A stretch of 64,000 nt of DNA from Eledone cirrhosa (Eukaryota). The stretch spans positions 25,792,001-25,856,000 of the forward strand of contig OZ024755.1 of assembly GCA_964016885.1 (NCBI GenBank), in the 5' to 3' direction. The position numbers and the translations under genes were made by a program. The notes below the pieces were generated by a model. It was not told the DNA's origin and did no database searches. It worked only from the letters and a program-made list of their open reading frames with translations. Below, in pieces: positions 12,180-25,334 of this stretch. The first letter of the stretch is position 1. Each line of letters starts with the position of its first letter.

Positions 12180-13635
12180 TGGAGTATCAAGCAAAGGTCC
12201 AAATAACTCAAAGCGATCTTCAAGCAGCATATGACACTTTCACTGCCAAGCTACTTCTAGAAAAAAAATTAACAACATCTCTGCTCAGCACAGAGCAGGT
12301 CAGCCTGTGGTAGCTTGAAGATCTATTAATGAGATCAGTGGTAGAATGAAGAAATCTTCTGTCACTGTTTAAGACGGTTCAGTCCAAAAACATAAATCTG
12401 GACGGTTGGGGAACTGTAAAAACTTCTTGGAGAACCTACCTATGTAACACCTGATCTTCTCAAGATTCAGGTTTCTGATCCATTCAATATTCCTACAACC
12501 CCATTCATAATTGAAAAACTCCAGGCTCTAGTTGAACATCTACTTAACCTAAAAATTAAGCCATTTGTCCTGATAATATACCAGCGATTATTTGGAAGAA
12601 TAAAAATGTCCACCCTCTACTCCTTCAACTCAGCAACCTTGTATTCGACACCCAAAATGCTCCTCCACTTTGACTCACTTCAGACATAATTTCACTTCCA
12701 AAAAGTGGAGATCTTACACTATTTAAAAATTATTGAGACATCAAGTTCAAAGTTATTGCTTCTAAGATCTACAAGTTGATTCTCAACAGGATAGTTCCTT
12801 TCCTGATTGGCATTTTGAGGAGAAATCAAAATGCATTTCGTAGATGATGTTCCACAACTGCACAGAATCATTGCAGAGAATCATTGAAGAAATGGGCCAT
12901 GGCAATAAAGATGTTGGCATAATTTTTGTGAACTTTATGAAAGCATTTGACTCAATCAACTGAGAGGTAATGTTTGACATGCTGAATTGCTCCTTCATAC
13001 ACTGGAATCAGCTGCTGCTCACGGACTCTACTGCAATGACTCGAAAACTGAGTTTATCTCAACAGAATCTGATGTTAGCATAGTTACAGTAAAATAAGCA
13101 GGAAACCCTTAAAGCAAATAGAAAAGTTTAAGTACTTTGGTTCCTTCATAATGAATTCAGAAAAGGACTTCCAAATACATAGAGCCCTGGCCTGGAATGC
13201 ATTTCATAAGCTAGATAAAATTTGGAAATTCAGTATATCAAACAAATTTAAAATCAGCCTGTTTAGAACAACAGTAGAGCCTATCTTTCTCTATGGTTCT
13301 GAGACATGGACATTGCACTCCCATCTACAGAGAAAGGCTCAAAATATTCCTTGGCAGACACATCACACACTTAATCAGATATACAGAAAAATCTCCAAAG
13401 TGCACAACTGATTAAATATCATACAAGGTTTCCTGGTCAATGTTTCTGTGCAAAAGATGAAATAGTTTCAGACCTCTTGTTGTGGGAGATCTCCTCTACT
13501 AGAAAGCTCAGATACCAGGATACCACAGCAAGAGACACTGGAATTGACAAAGATGACCTACAAACATTGATGGGAAATAGAGACTGTTGGCATGAAGTTG
13601 TGCTTGCTGTCTCGCCTGAGGGCGATGGATAAGGA
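12180..13635 (+). mobile_element. Degenerate RTE-like LINE (reverse transcriptase remnant)
   Basis: ORF 13151-13411 reads ALAWNAFHKLDKIWK...LFRTTVEPIFLYGSETWTL. Upstream frames include FVNFMKAFDSI. Many stops. Confidence 0.75.
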
Positions 13636-13839
13636 TGTGATGTAAAAAAAATTGCAGTAATCTATGTGGATTAGAAGATAAAATCCTCCCTGATTAGCAG
13701 CCATTAGCCATTAGCTAAACGAGGCAACTGAGACACACAGACACAGAGAGGGACAGAGAGAGAGAGAGAGAGAGAGAAACTTGTTCTACAGATTTACAGA
13801 TTAACAGAATAGAGTGGGTGGAAGGATTTATTTTACTAT

Positions 13840-14205
13840 GGTTGTCATCATAATTGTGGTGGGGGTACTAGTAGTGGTGATGGTTTTTGTGGTGGTTGTT
13901 GCGGTGGTGGTGGTGGTTGTGGTTGTAGTGGTTGTTGTAGTGGTGGTAGTAGTGGTTGTGGTTGTTGTGGTGGTGGTAATAGTGGTTGTTGTTGTTGTTG
14001 TGGTTGTTGTGGTGGTGGTAGTAGTGGTTGTTGTTGTTGTGGTTGTTGTGGTGGTTTGTATTGTAGTGGTAAATGTAATAGCCATTCTGGTTGTTGTTGT
14101 GACTGTTGTAGTAGTAGTTGTGGTGGTGTTAGTGTTGTGGAAGTTGTAGTGGTTGTGGTAGTGTGGATGTGATTGGTGTTGTTATGGTGGTGTGGTTGTA
14201 GTGGT
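13840..14205. repeat. (GTT/GTG/GTA)n trinucleotide repeat
   Basis: Directly visible. Similar tracts at 16985-17190, 22170-22730, 31500-31925, 46150-47560 and 53270-53728. Confidence 0.9.
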
Positions 14206-14310
14206 TTGTTTGGACATTAGTCCTTCATCGGATTTAAACATTGTTGTTAACTTGATATTTACAGTCATATTTGATATCATGGTAGAAAGACTCCTCTGTA
14301 TAGCTTTATA

Positions 14311-14349
<39 letters not shown>

Positions 14350-14363
14350 TATTTTTCTCATGT

Positions 14364-14411
14364 CAGGCTGAAGAAATTGGAGCCCAGAACCCAACGAAAC
14401 TTGAGTACCTG
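14364..14411 (+). ncRNA. Minimal hammerhead ribozyme-like motif
   Basis: cagg-CTGAAGA-aattgg...ccaac-GAAA-cttgag-TA-cctg, in an ~80-bp island between (TA)n tracts. Confidence 0.65.
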
Positions 14412-14500
14412 TTTGTGTCACTGTTGTAATTATTTATATATAAATATATATACATACATACACACACATATATATATAAACGATGATGATGATGATGATG

Positions 14501-14552
<52 letters not shown>

Positions 14553-16087
14553 AACACAAAACAGTCCAGCATAAGTTCTATAGCTTGATCATTGCCACAC
14601 TTCTCATTGGTATTGATCAGTGTGTCCAGCTCAGATCTGAACAGTCAAGATGAGAACAATAATATTATTGATATAAATCAACAACAACAATGCAACCAAC
14701 AAAGTTGTCTTCCAATTCAGATATGATATTTTACTCATATATCTCCTCATCTTGTTTTTCTCTCCCTGTTTGTTTTCTTTTATAATTTCACATTTTTATA
14801 TACCATATAAGCCTTATATAAAAGCAAGCCCACCCCATATAAAAATCAGCCCCTTCTAAAATTCAACCCAAATAAAGTCAACCCCATATAAAAATCAACC
14901 CCTTCTAAAAGCCAACCACTTCTAAAAGCCTACCCCATATAAAAGTCGGCTCCAAATAAAAGTCAACCCCAAATAAAAATTAACCCCAAATAAAAGTCAA
15001 CCCATATAAAAGTCAAGCCTGTTTTTCAACCAAATTTTGGGTTTCTCCCCTACTGGCTGTATCCGGCTAGAATTCTCTGATTACTTTCTGTTCAAACTGG
15101 CTATAACTGGCCATTTATGCTGATATTTAGGTATTATTCTCATAATAAATAATATCAAAATTTCATAGATTTGACATTATGTGAGGTAAAGTCTTTACCG
15201 AGAAAATACAATAGTAAACATAAAGTAATGTAAATGCTAAAGGGTTAGAGATGATTCTAAGTGTTCAAGGACAACATTTGTCAATCAATCTCTTATCCAG
15301 AACATAAAATGTTACAGTTTACAACAATATCATGTCTTGAGATACACAAGATTACAACACTATCATGTCTTTAGATACACAACTTTACAACATGATCATG
15401 TCTTGATGTACACAACTTTCCCATACAGCTAGATCTGCCCTTTTTTATCCATTCCCCTTTTTTTCCATTACTTAATTTTGTTTTTATCTTTCTTTTTCAT
15501 ATTTATATAATTATCAATGTTTTTTAAGCCAACATTGTGAATGAAACAGATGTATTGAGAATAATCAACAGATTTAAACAGATTTAAAACAAACATTTAT
15601 AACAGTATATTGGATTGTAGTGGGAATTTCAGCCCCTCAAAAACACTAGACATGTAATAGTTGACAACTAAATTTAATCTCAAAAAATAGTTTTGAATAT
15701 TCCAATTTTACATCAGTATAACATCAATGAGCTTAGATGGTCAGGCTTGGGGATCCAGCCAGATCAGTTGGAAACAGTTGCTTCTGACAGGACCTGCTGG
15801 GGGGAGTGTTTGAGGACCCTGCCCCCATGACCCCCTCAGGAATAAGTAGGCAAAGAAAAGAAGAATCCATCAGTATATATACAGTATATTTTCAAAAATT
15901 ATTTAACTGGTTTCGATTATGAGCCTGCAACTCCTCTGGGCAACACCTTGAAAGGATTTAGTCGATCATATATATTCTCCATGTCTGTTAAATATTTTAT
16001 CAATCTCATTTTGTCAAGCTGCTAAGATATATGATATAAACACAGATAAAAAAACAAATGTAAACATACACACACCACACATGTATA

Positions 16088-16122
<35 letters not shown>

Positions 16123-16314
16123 TTGGTTCATCCTGTGAGAAGGCACGTCTTCTGTAGTATGGCTATATATATATATATAGGAACGAGTAGGGGTCCTACT
16201 CGTTCCTATTACCCACTCTACTACCCTAAGTATTGAGTACTTTGGTGCGTTATGGTCCACCTGGTTCCTTACCACATTTCCTTCGTTATATATATATATA
16301 TAAGAGAGAGAGAA

Positions 16315-16475
16315 AGAGTCAGTTCCACAACAAATTTGTAAACCATCCTTGAGGACACATATTTCACAGAGCGGATTTTCAACCCATGTATGGCAGCCAT
16401 ACACGGGTTCAAAATCCACTTGGTGAAGCGTGCGTCCTCGAGTATGGTTTGCTAATTTCATGTGGAACTAACTCT
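16315..16475. repeat. 161-bp imperfect palindrome (foldback/MITE-like)
   Basis: agagtcagttccaca...ggattttcaacccatgtatggc A gccatacacgggttcaaaatcc...tgtggaactaactct. Arms pair along about 80 bp. Confidence 0.8.
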
Positions 16476-16993
16476 ATACCGAATTCATCTTCTAGACTGA
16501 GGGCTCTACTGATTATGGGTATAACCTCCCAGTTTTTTACCACTATATATATATGTGTGTGTGTGTGTGTCTATCATCATCATTCATCATTTCATTTTAC
16601 GTCCACTTTTCCCTGCTTGCAAGGGTGGGACGGGAACTGATTCTGGCTTGATTTCTACAGCTGGATGCCCTTCCTAACACCAACCTCATTTACAGTGAGT
16701 GCTGGGTGCTTTTTTGCCGTGGCACCTCCACGACCACTTTGCAGTGGAATGTCTATGTATGTGTATATATATATATACTTTCATAGTTCAACCTTATCTC
16801 TCTGTCTCTGTCTCTCTCAATATATATATATATATATATATATATCCACACATACCATCACAAACTAATGCAATATTAATTAACAATACATGCACACACA
16901 CACACACGCACGCACACACACACACTATTGACTACATTATTAATCACTGTACTGAATAACTCTACACTTGTACTAACATCTACTGTCGTCGTC

Positions 16994-17066
<73 letters not shown>

Positions 17067-17160
17067 CAGCAGCAGCAGCAGCAGCAGCAGTAGCAGCAGC
17101 GGGAGCAGCAGCAGCAGCAGCAACAGCAGCGGGAGCAGCAGCAGTAGCAGCAGCAGCACC

Positions 17161-17191
<31 letters not shown>

Positions 17192-17662
17192 CGCATTAAT
17201 CTATTTATACCAATCCAATCATTACATATGTTATAATCAGACAATCAATTAGTAATTAATGAGAACATATTGAATTTCATAAGTCAGTTTGTACTTAATT
17301 AGTTGTTTACATGTTTGTCTGTTTATACCTGTGAGGTAGAGGGAGTTACCTGTCTATTTACCTGTCTATTTACCAGTCAGTCCATACCTGTCTCTCCCTA
17401 CCTCTGTGTTACCTGTCTGTTCCTACCTGTTGGTTACCTGTCTAATTACCTGTCTACTTATCTGACTGTGAAGTTACAGTCAGGTTCTGCAGCCAATATC
17501 ATTTCCAGACAGAATTTCACCTGAAACCTAAACCAAAATATTTTTTATTGTTTTGGTCTTCTCTCATTACCAAATGACATCCCCACCACCATCATCACCA
17601 GATAGGTGGATAAACAGACACCCCGATATATAGATAGATAGACAGATAGGTAGATAGATATG

Positions 17663-18116
17663 TTTCTTTATTAGCCACAGAGGCACAAAAGAAGGGACAA
17701 ATACAAAGGGGGAAGTTTACATACAATAAAAACGTGTAAAATACTATCACAAATGCAATTTAAAAATTAATCGATTTTCCCCAATAGAGGGAGACATTAT
17801 ATATGAGTAACACATACCCCCCCAAAAAATGTGCAACCCTCATCTCCAGGAGTACGAAGAGTGAGTACTCCCCTCCTCTCTTCCTCTTTTTCCTCAACCT
17901 ACAGGCTGATATAGAGAGAAGGCCCATTCACTCGGGCCATTCTCACCACTTTCACCCACCTTTCATAAAACTTGCTGGGGTACAGCACCTCTCTCTCCAT
18001 CCTGATTCTTCTTCCAAAGTGGTATTTGAAAAAAAGAATCAGTTGTTGGCCGGAGAGAAAGGTGTCTGACCTCAGCCCTTTTAACCTCGTCCACCACACA
18101 ACCTCTTTCGCCATAG
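17663..18116 (-). mobile_element. 5'-truncated Tx1/L1-clade LINE (ORF2 C-terminus and 3' UTR)
   Basis: MAKEVVWWTRLKGL...FYERWVKV matches the ORF at 49565-50344. Ends in AATAAAGAAA next to (TAGA)n. Confidence 0.85.
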
Positions 18117-18989
18117 ATGTATATATATATATGTCTGTCTATATATATATATATATAAATATATTTCTGTAGGATATATGTATATAAGAGACTAAGCATA
18201 AGAAGTATCAAATGTTGTGTGCAGGAGAGGAGATTGTGTTGGTATGAACATGTGATGCGTATGAAGGACAACAGCTGTATAAAAAAAAGAGCAGAACGAT
18301 CAAAATTGATGGAAGCTACGGAGATCAAGAAAAGCCCGGGACAAGGTGATAACAACTGACCTTGCTCACTTACACCTTTCTAAAACTATGTCACTGGATC
18401 GAGATCTTTGGTGCTATGCAGTTATACAGAAGACTCGCCTACAAACTTAAAGCTTGCATACAAACTTAAACCTACTTAACCCAATATACACCCCACCTCA
18501 CACACCCTACTACATCCTCCCATTTCCATCTACTGTAAAGTGGTCATGTAGGAGACACGGTAAAAGGGCTCCCAATCCACACTGTAAATGTGGTTGGTGT
18601 TAGGAAGGGCATCCAGCCATAGAAAACCTGCCAGAAACAGTTCTGTACAAGCGAGACACATGTCCCAACCAATCTCGCTTCAAGTGGGACAAAACCGTCC
18701 AACCCATGCTAACATGGAAGATGGACGTTAAACGATGATGATGATGATATATATATATATATATATGCAAAAGTTCTATTTAAATTGTTGGGATACAACA
18801 AGTAAATATTTTATCTCTCCCTTTTTCTCCACGCTTTTCTCTCTCTCTCTCCTTCTTTTGTAATTGTCCTTAACACTAAGACTTACTAAAATAATATAAA
18901 CAAACCACTATCCTGATGTCCTCCAAAAGTAATGGTCGCATTTTGAAAGGGTACGTCAATGCTTATTTGTAAAACTGATATATATTGTA

Positions 18990-19050
18990 TTTTGTCTGAT
19001 GAAGGCATACCATAATTTAACTTGGTATCCTTGAAATATGTATAATGAAA
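18990..19050 (+). ncRNA. Minimal hammerhead ribozyme-like motif
   Basis: ttttgt-CTGATGA-aggcatacca...tggtatcctt-GAAA-tatgta-TA-atgaaa. Stem I pairs with two GU pairs. Confidence 0.65.
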
Positions 19051-19091
19051 TAAATATGGTTTTATAAATATAGTTTCCATTTATTTATATC

Positions 19092-19166
<75 letters not shown>

Positions 19167-19191
19167 GAGAGAGAGAGAGAGAGAGAGATGT

Positions 19192-19456
19192 CTTTCTGTA
19201 TTTGTCACAAGGGCGTACAAAAATGGGACATTACAAGGCATGACGGTGGGGGTTTTACATAAAAATCTTTAACAATAATGAATAACAATAAACTATATAT
19301 AAAATAAAACAATCGAAATCCCCCAATAGGGGGGAACGTTACTGTGGGGTTGTTTTACACCCCGTGGATAGAACAACCCTCAACACCAGGAGCACGTTTT
19401 GTAAGTGTTCCCGTCTTCCCTCTATTTGTCTTCCTCAACATACAGAGAAGGCCCAT
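19192..19456 (-). mobile_element. Short 3' fragment of the same Tx1/L1 family
   Basis: Matches 49316-49595. Flanked by (GA)n and (TAGA)n. Confidence 0.8.
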
Positions 19457-19629
19457 AGATAGATAGATAGATAGATAGACAGGTAGATAGATACATATAT
19501 ACGTATATATATATATGTCCTTTCTGAATTTGTTTAGCATGTATTATTTATCTGAAAACGTGTGTTGAAACCGATATTGGCAACATGACTCTCCCAAAGT
19601 ATAACAATATATATATATGTCAATCATTC

Positions 19630-19685
<56 letters not shown>

Positions 19686-19696
19686 ATTAACCTTTA

Positions 19697-19742
19697 TGCT
19701 CTGATGAGTCCCACTTATAGTGCGGATGAAACAATGTTAGCA
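19697..19742 (+). ncRNA. Minimal hammerhead ribozyme-like motif
   Basis: tgct-CTGATGA-gtcccac ttata gtgcggat-GAAA-caatg-TT-agca, in an ~100-bp island between (TA)n tracts. Confidence 0.7.
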
Positions 19743-19781
19743 AGTAAAGATATGCATATGCTATAAGCGTTCTTTGTTATT

Positions 19782-19832
<51 letters not shown>

Positions 19833-20020
19833 AATGAAGTAATTCCATCGGAAAAGTCCAGGAAATTGGTGTTTTCATATGCACATGAGGAGGAAGTGAG
19901 AAAAACTATGGCAAGAGATTCTTTGTTTTTCTAGTTTTCAATCTTTTGTTTCATTGCTTCCTGGTTACACAAAATGGTTGTCACATATCCATCATGTTTT
20001 TTTCTAATATATTCACACAT

Positions 20021-20075
<55 letters not shown>

Positions 20076-20195
20076 TACATATATATATATTTCAGTGAAA
20101 TACTGGTGTTAGTCCAAAGCAAGCAGGCTATGCACATGCAGAGTGCATATATTGGGAAAAAGCGAGGAAGTTTCATTTACATATAAATGATATTT

Positions 20196-20284
20196 ATTGT
20201 TACGCACGTTTCGCAGAGGATTGGCTCAAGGTCACCCATGGAGTTATGGACCTGGCCCCACTATTGATATGCTCTTCAGATTGG
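20196..20284 (-). ncRNA. Hammerhead-like motif with long stem II and weak stem I
   Basis: CTGAAGA-gca...tgc-GAAA-cgtgcg-TA. A related 3' half (GAAA-cacgcg-TA) with similar flanking sequence lies at about 7587-7606. Confidence 0.5.
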
Positions 20285-21009
20285 CAATGTGACAAAAAAA
20301 ATGTTTTCAAAAATATATATATATATTTATATATATATATATATAACTAGCTGTTGAAACGGCAAGAGTTCAACCGTCAGGTCCCAACACTTTCTTCCTT
20401 TCACTTCTGCAGGTCAACTCACTTCTAGCCGCTGATTTCTATCCTTTGAGGTAAATTTTACCTGACGCCATAATTGGTGGCATTTTGCTGTTTTAACAGC
20501 TTCCTTGCATTGAGTATTTTATATATGTATATATATATATATATATTTACCCAGTACTCACTGAAAAATGAGGTTGGTGTTAGGATGGGCATCCAGCCGT
20601 AGAAATCAAACTAAAATCAGTTCCCATATAAGCAAGACATGGTCACCCGACCTGGCATTGCCCACAACAGGACAACCCATCTAACCCATGCTAGCTTGGA
20701 AGAATGGACATTTGTTTTGTTATTATTTTTTGCATTCCTTGGAAGCAAGAAAAAGCGGACGTAAAATGATGATGATGATGATATATATATATCTATATAT
20801 ATATATAAATAATTATGAAATGAAGTTTATCAAATAGAATGGACATAGCTTCAGTTGTTTTCTATATAGAGAGAGGGAGTGGAAGAGAAAGAGAAAGTGA
20901 TATACATATTTTAGATTGACTGAAATACATATAGAGGAAAACACAAACCGTAGATATAAGAATAAGTTTCCTTTTTTGAAAAACCACCAGAATGCAGATG
21001 GATAGTAAA

Positions 21010-21198
21010 TAATTGTTTCTACGTTTGGCACAAGGCCAGCAAATACCCAGTGCATTACTGGTACTTTATTTTATCGACCCCCGTAAGGATGAAAGGCAAA
21101 GTTAACCTCGGCGGGATTTGAACTCAGAATGGCAAGGGCCGTAACTCTATACATCAAAACATGGCGTCCGACCCTCTACCGATACTGCCAATCCACCA
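21010..21198 (-). mobile_element. SINE family A, near full length
   Basis: Reverse complement of the consensus tggcagtatcggtagagggtcggacgcc...gagttcaaatcccgccgaggttaactttgcctttcatccttacggggtcgataaaataaagtaccagt...agaaacaattatt. Other copies at 25540-25725, 28180-28410, 32460-32640(-), 40002-40162, 44250-44430, 51511-51702(-) and 51828-52020(-). Confidence 0.85.
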
Positions 21199-23394
21199 AA
21201 TAATAGTTGAGTAAAATACTCCAAGTGACAGGAGAAAATGGACAGAATCATCTACCAAAATCACACCACTTGTTTGCCATATATCAGATGACTTAGTTTC
21301 GTCATTACACTAAAGCACATCTGACCACTTCTTCCCATCATTTAGAAGCTTTAGCTGTTAAACAAAAACAGTAAACATTGTTTCCTTTACAAAATATTGA
21401 GAAAATTTGAAAATACATTTTGCTTTCTAAAAAGTAACCATAAGAGTAATGAATGATATAGCATCATCATCAACGTCAATGTCTAATTTTCCATGTTTGC
21501 ATGGGTTAGACGGGTTCTCACATTATGAAATAAGTCATATCAGATGACCATTTCTTGCTCATACAGATCTGTATTTCGGCTTCGTTTTTAAGGCTAGATG
21601 CCCTTCCTACCACCAAACAACTGGCCAGCCAGCCAGCTGACCAACCCACTAACCATTCAACCATCCTACCAACCAACCATGCAAACCAGCCAAACCCACC
21701 AACCATTCAACCAACTAACCCACCAACCATTCAACGAACTAACCCACCAACCCACCAAACCAGCCAACCCATCAACCATTCTACCATCCTACCAACCAAC
21801 CATGCAAACCAGCCAACCCACCAACCATTCTACCATCCTACCATCCTACCTACAAACCAACCATTCTGCCAATTTTATCAACTATAACAAAAGGGGTGAG
21901 AATTTTTTTTTTTTTAATGAAAACATGAATAAAAGAGAGGGGAGGTTAGAGTGAAGTGATAGACTGAGAGAGGGGGACAGAGACATACTGAGAGTTACAA
22001 GGAGAGATTGAGAGTGAGAGAGGATGGAGATGGGTGGAAGAGAGGGGTGAGAGAAGGAAGGGAGAGAAAGATCTGCTTCCTGTTTGTGAAGTTGTATAGA
22101 AATAATAAACAGGAAAAGAGCCAGTTTATTGCAAAAAATAACATAATTGAGAAAATACTAGACATCTCTGCATCACCATCACCATCACCATCATCTTCAC
22201 CATCACCTTCATCACTACCATCATCATCATCTTCACCATCACCACCTCCATCACCATCTCCACCATCATCAACATCATCACCATCACCTTCATCACCACC
22301 ACTATCCCCATTGCTACCAACATCATCACCATCACCATCATCATCATCTTCACCATCACCACCTCCATCACCATCTCCACCATCATCAACATCATCATCA
22401 CCATCACCTTCATCACCACCACTATCCCCCATCGCTATCAACATCATCACCATCACCATCATCATCATCTTCACCATCACCACCTCCACCACCATCTCCA
22501 CCATCATCAACATCATCAACATCATCATCAACATCATCAACATCATCATCACCATCACCTTCATCACCACCACTATCCCCATCGCTATCAACATCATCAC
22601 CATCACCATCATCTTCAACTTCACCATCTCCATCACCACCATCACCATCAACCCCTTCATCACTATCACCATCACCATCACCATCACCATCACCATCACC
22701 ATCATTATTATTATCATCACTATCACTATCAAGGTGGGAAAGGAGTTTTGTATTAGCCCACTTCTCACCTGGTTTGTTCTGTAGCCATAGCTATCTGGTT
22801 AACCCTATTATGTTGTTATTACAGCTCACACCTATGTAGGTTTAACTGGTCTCCTCATAGGAGGTTTCTTGGGTGTTTTTAAGACAGGGCCTCCATTCCT
22901 ATTGGGAAAAACTCCCATCTAGAGTGGATAACAATCAATTGCAGGGGTTATGCCAAACACACACATGCATAAACACATGTCCGCATACATATACATATAT
23001 ATTCATACACACACATATTCATACACATATATACATACGTCCTCACGCCTACACAAATATTGATAAACACCCAATTATATACAAATGCATATATATATAT
23101 ATATACATATATATATATCATCATCATCATCATCATCTTCGTTTAACGTCCATTTTCCACACTAGCATGGGTTATATATATATATATATACACACAATGT
23201 CCTTCTCTTTCTCTCACCACGCCACTTCTACACACATTCATTAAAAACATACAAAGAGACACACACACGCACACACATATATTAATCATCATCATCATCA
23301 TCGTTTTTATGTCCATTTTCCCACGCTTATATATATATGTGTGTGTGTGTATATATATATATATATGTATATACACATACATATATACGTATAA

Positions 23395-23426
<32 letters not shown>

Positions 23427-23620
23427 GTGTATGTATGTGCAAGTGACTAGAAATGAATGATTAGGTTCCAAAATTTATAGAACCATGACTAAATATTGCA
23501 CCAGAATAGTTAGATTAACTGGATACTGCAGGTTTATTAATTAGTAGTAACACTGATACATATATATGTGTGTGTGTATGTGTGTGCTTGTGTATGCATA
23601 CATATATGTGTGTGTTTGCT

Positions 23621-23653
<33 letters not shown>

Positions 23654-24460
23654 GCACACGATGCAGATCCTGGGTACACAAGAGATGTAGTGGGGTAGCA
23701 GGCAAACTAACAGGTAGGGAGAAATGCGTATGCAGTAGATGTACAGGGAAATTAGACAGTAGAAGTCGCATTGATAGACACATTTTTCAAATGCAGGCGG
23801 GTGCTATAGAAGTGGTGGATAGCTTCCGGTACATAGGAGATCAGATTAGCACGGGAGGGGGGTGGGGGGGTGTTCCGAGGCCATAGTATCTAGAATAAGG
23901 ACGGATTGGAAAAAGTTTAGGGAGCTGCTTCCTCTGCTGACGAAGAAGGGTTTCTCCCTGCGTACGAAAGGCCAGTTATATGATGCCTGTGTGAGGAGCG
24001 CGATGCTGCATGGTAGTGAGATATGGGCAGCAACTGCAGAGGATATGCGACGGCTGGAGAGAAATGAAGCAAGCATGCTCCGTTGGATGTGCAATGTCAA
24101 TGTGCATGAACGACCCAGCATGAATGTGTTGAGAGAGAAACTGTGTCTGAGAGGGATAGAATGTAGTGTGCGAGAGAGGAGACTGAGGTGGTATGGACAT
24201 GTGATGTGCATGGAGGATGACCGATGGGTGAAGAGGTGCCAGGAAATGCCAGTTGAAGGAAGACGTGGTAGAGGTAGACCACGAAAAACATGGGCGGAGG
24301 TGGTGAGAACAGACCTCAGATCGCTGAAGCTCATGGTGGAGATGACGAAGGACCGTGATAAGTGGAGAGATGCTGTGCTGAATAAGACCCGTCCGACCCT
24401 TGCAAGCAGGGCAAAGCGGACGTAAAATGATAATGATGATGATGATGATGATGATGATGA
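23654..24460 (+). mobile_element. 5'-truncated RTE-clade LINE
   Basis: ORF 23862-24425 reads LYDACVRSAMLHGSEIW...RRLRWYGHV...GRRGRGRPRKTW, followed by a (GAT)n tail. The upstream frame has CTRCRSWVHKRCSG..CSRC and VDSFRYIGD, with a frameshift at the G-run near 23855-23870. Confidence 0.9.
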
Positions 24461-24880
24461 TATATATATATATACATATATATATATGATGGTCATGATG
24501 ATGATATATACATATTTATTCTTTTATTGTTCTACATGTTTCAGTCATTTGACTATGACCATGCTGGAGTATCACTTTAAAGGGCTTTAGTCAATCATAT
24601 TGACCACAGTACTTATTTTTCATCAAACACAGAGAGCAGAGAGGGTGAACATTAAATGATGATGATGATATAAATATATTTAGAGAGAGAGAGAGAGTCT
24701 GCAGAGAGGAGACCACTAATCATGGGAGTACTCAATACATGGGGAGATGCAGAGTTGATATAGTAAAATCCCAGCTGCGGCGCCAAGCAGTTTCAACTAC
24801 AACCTTGAAAAGGCTTGTTGAACACACAAGCCAAAACCGTTTGGTGCCACGGTCAGGATTTTACATCCCTCTCTCTCGCA

Positions 24881-24972
<92 letters not shown>

Positions 24973-25057
24973 AAAAGGTAAACAGAAATAACAACACAAT
25001 CGGTACAGTATATGGAATGTGTATATTAGGTTAACGCTTGATGTAGCAGGAAGAGGG

Positions 25058-25093
25058 TCTTAACGTTTCGGACGCTAGTCTTTCATCAGAAGA
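25058..25093 (-). ncRNA. Ultra-minimal hammerhead-like motif
   Basis: tctt-CTGATGA-aagac tagc gtcc-GAAA-cg-TT-aaga, with AACGTT palindrome at stem III. A decayed relative lies at about 14207-14235 (-). Confidence 0.6.
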
Positions 25094-25334
25094 AAGAATG
25101 AGAAATAAAATAGATTGAGGGGACGGGCGGGATGGAATTGGAAAAAAGTGTCTTTAGATAAAAATAACAGGTCCTTTCATGTTGACATAACGGTGTATTT
25201 GTTTTGCAATGTTTTTTTTATATGAAATCGTATGTTGAAACAGATATTGTTGTATTTGGAGATATTTATTTTGAAATAAATAAAATAAAATAAGAAAACA
25301 TTACAGAAATACAACAAGAGGAAACATAGAAACA

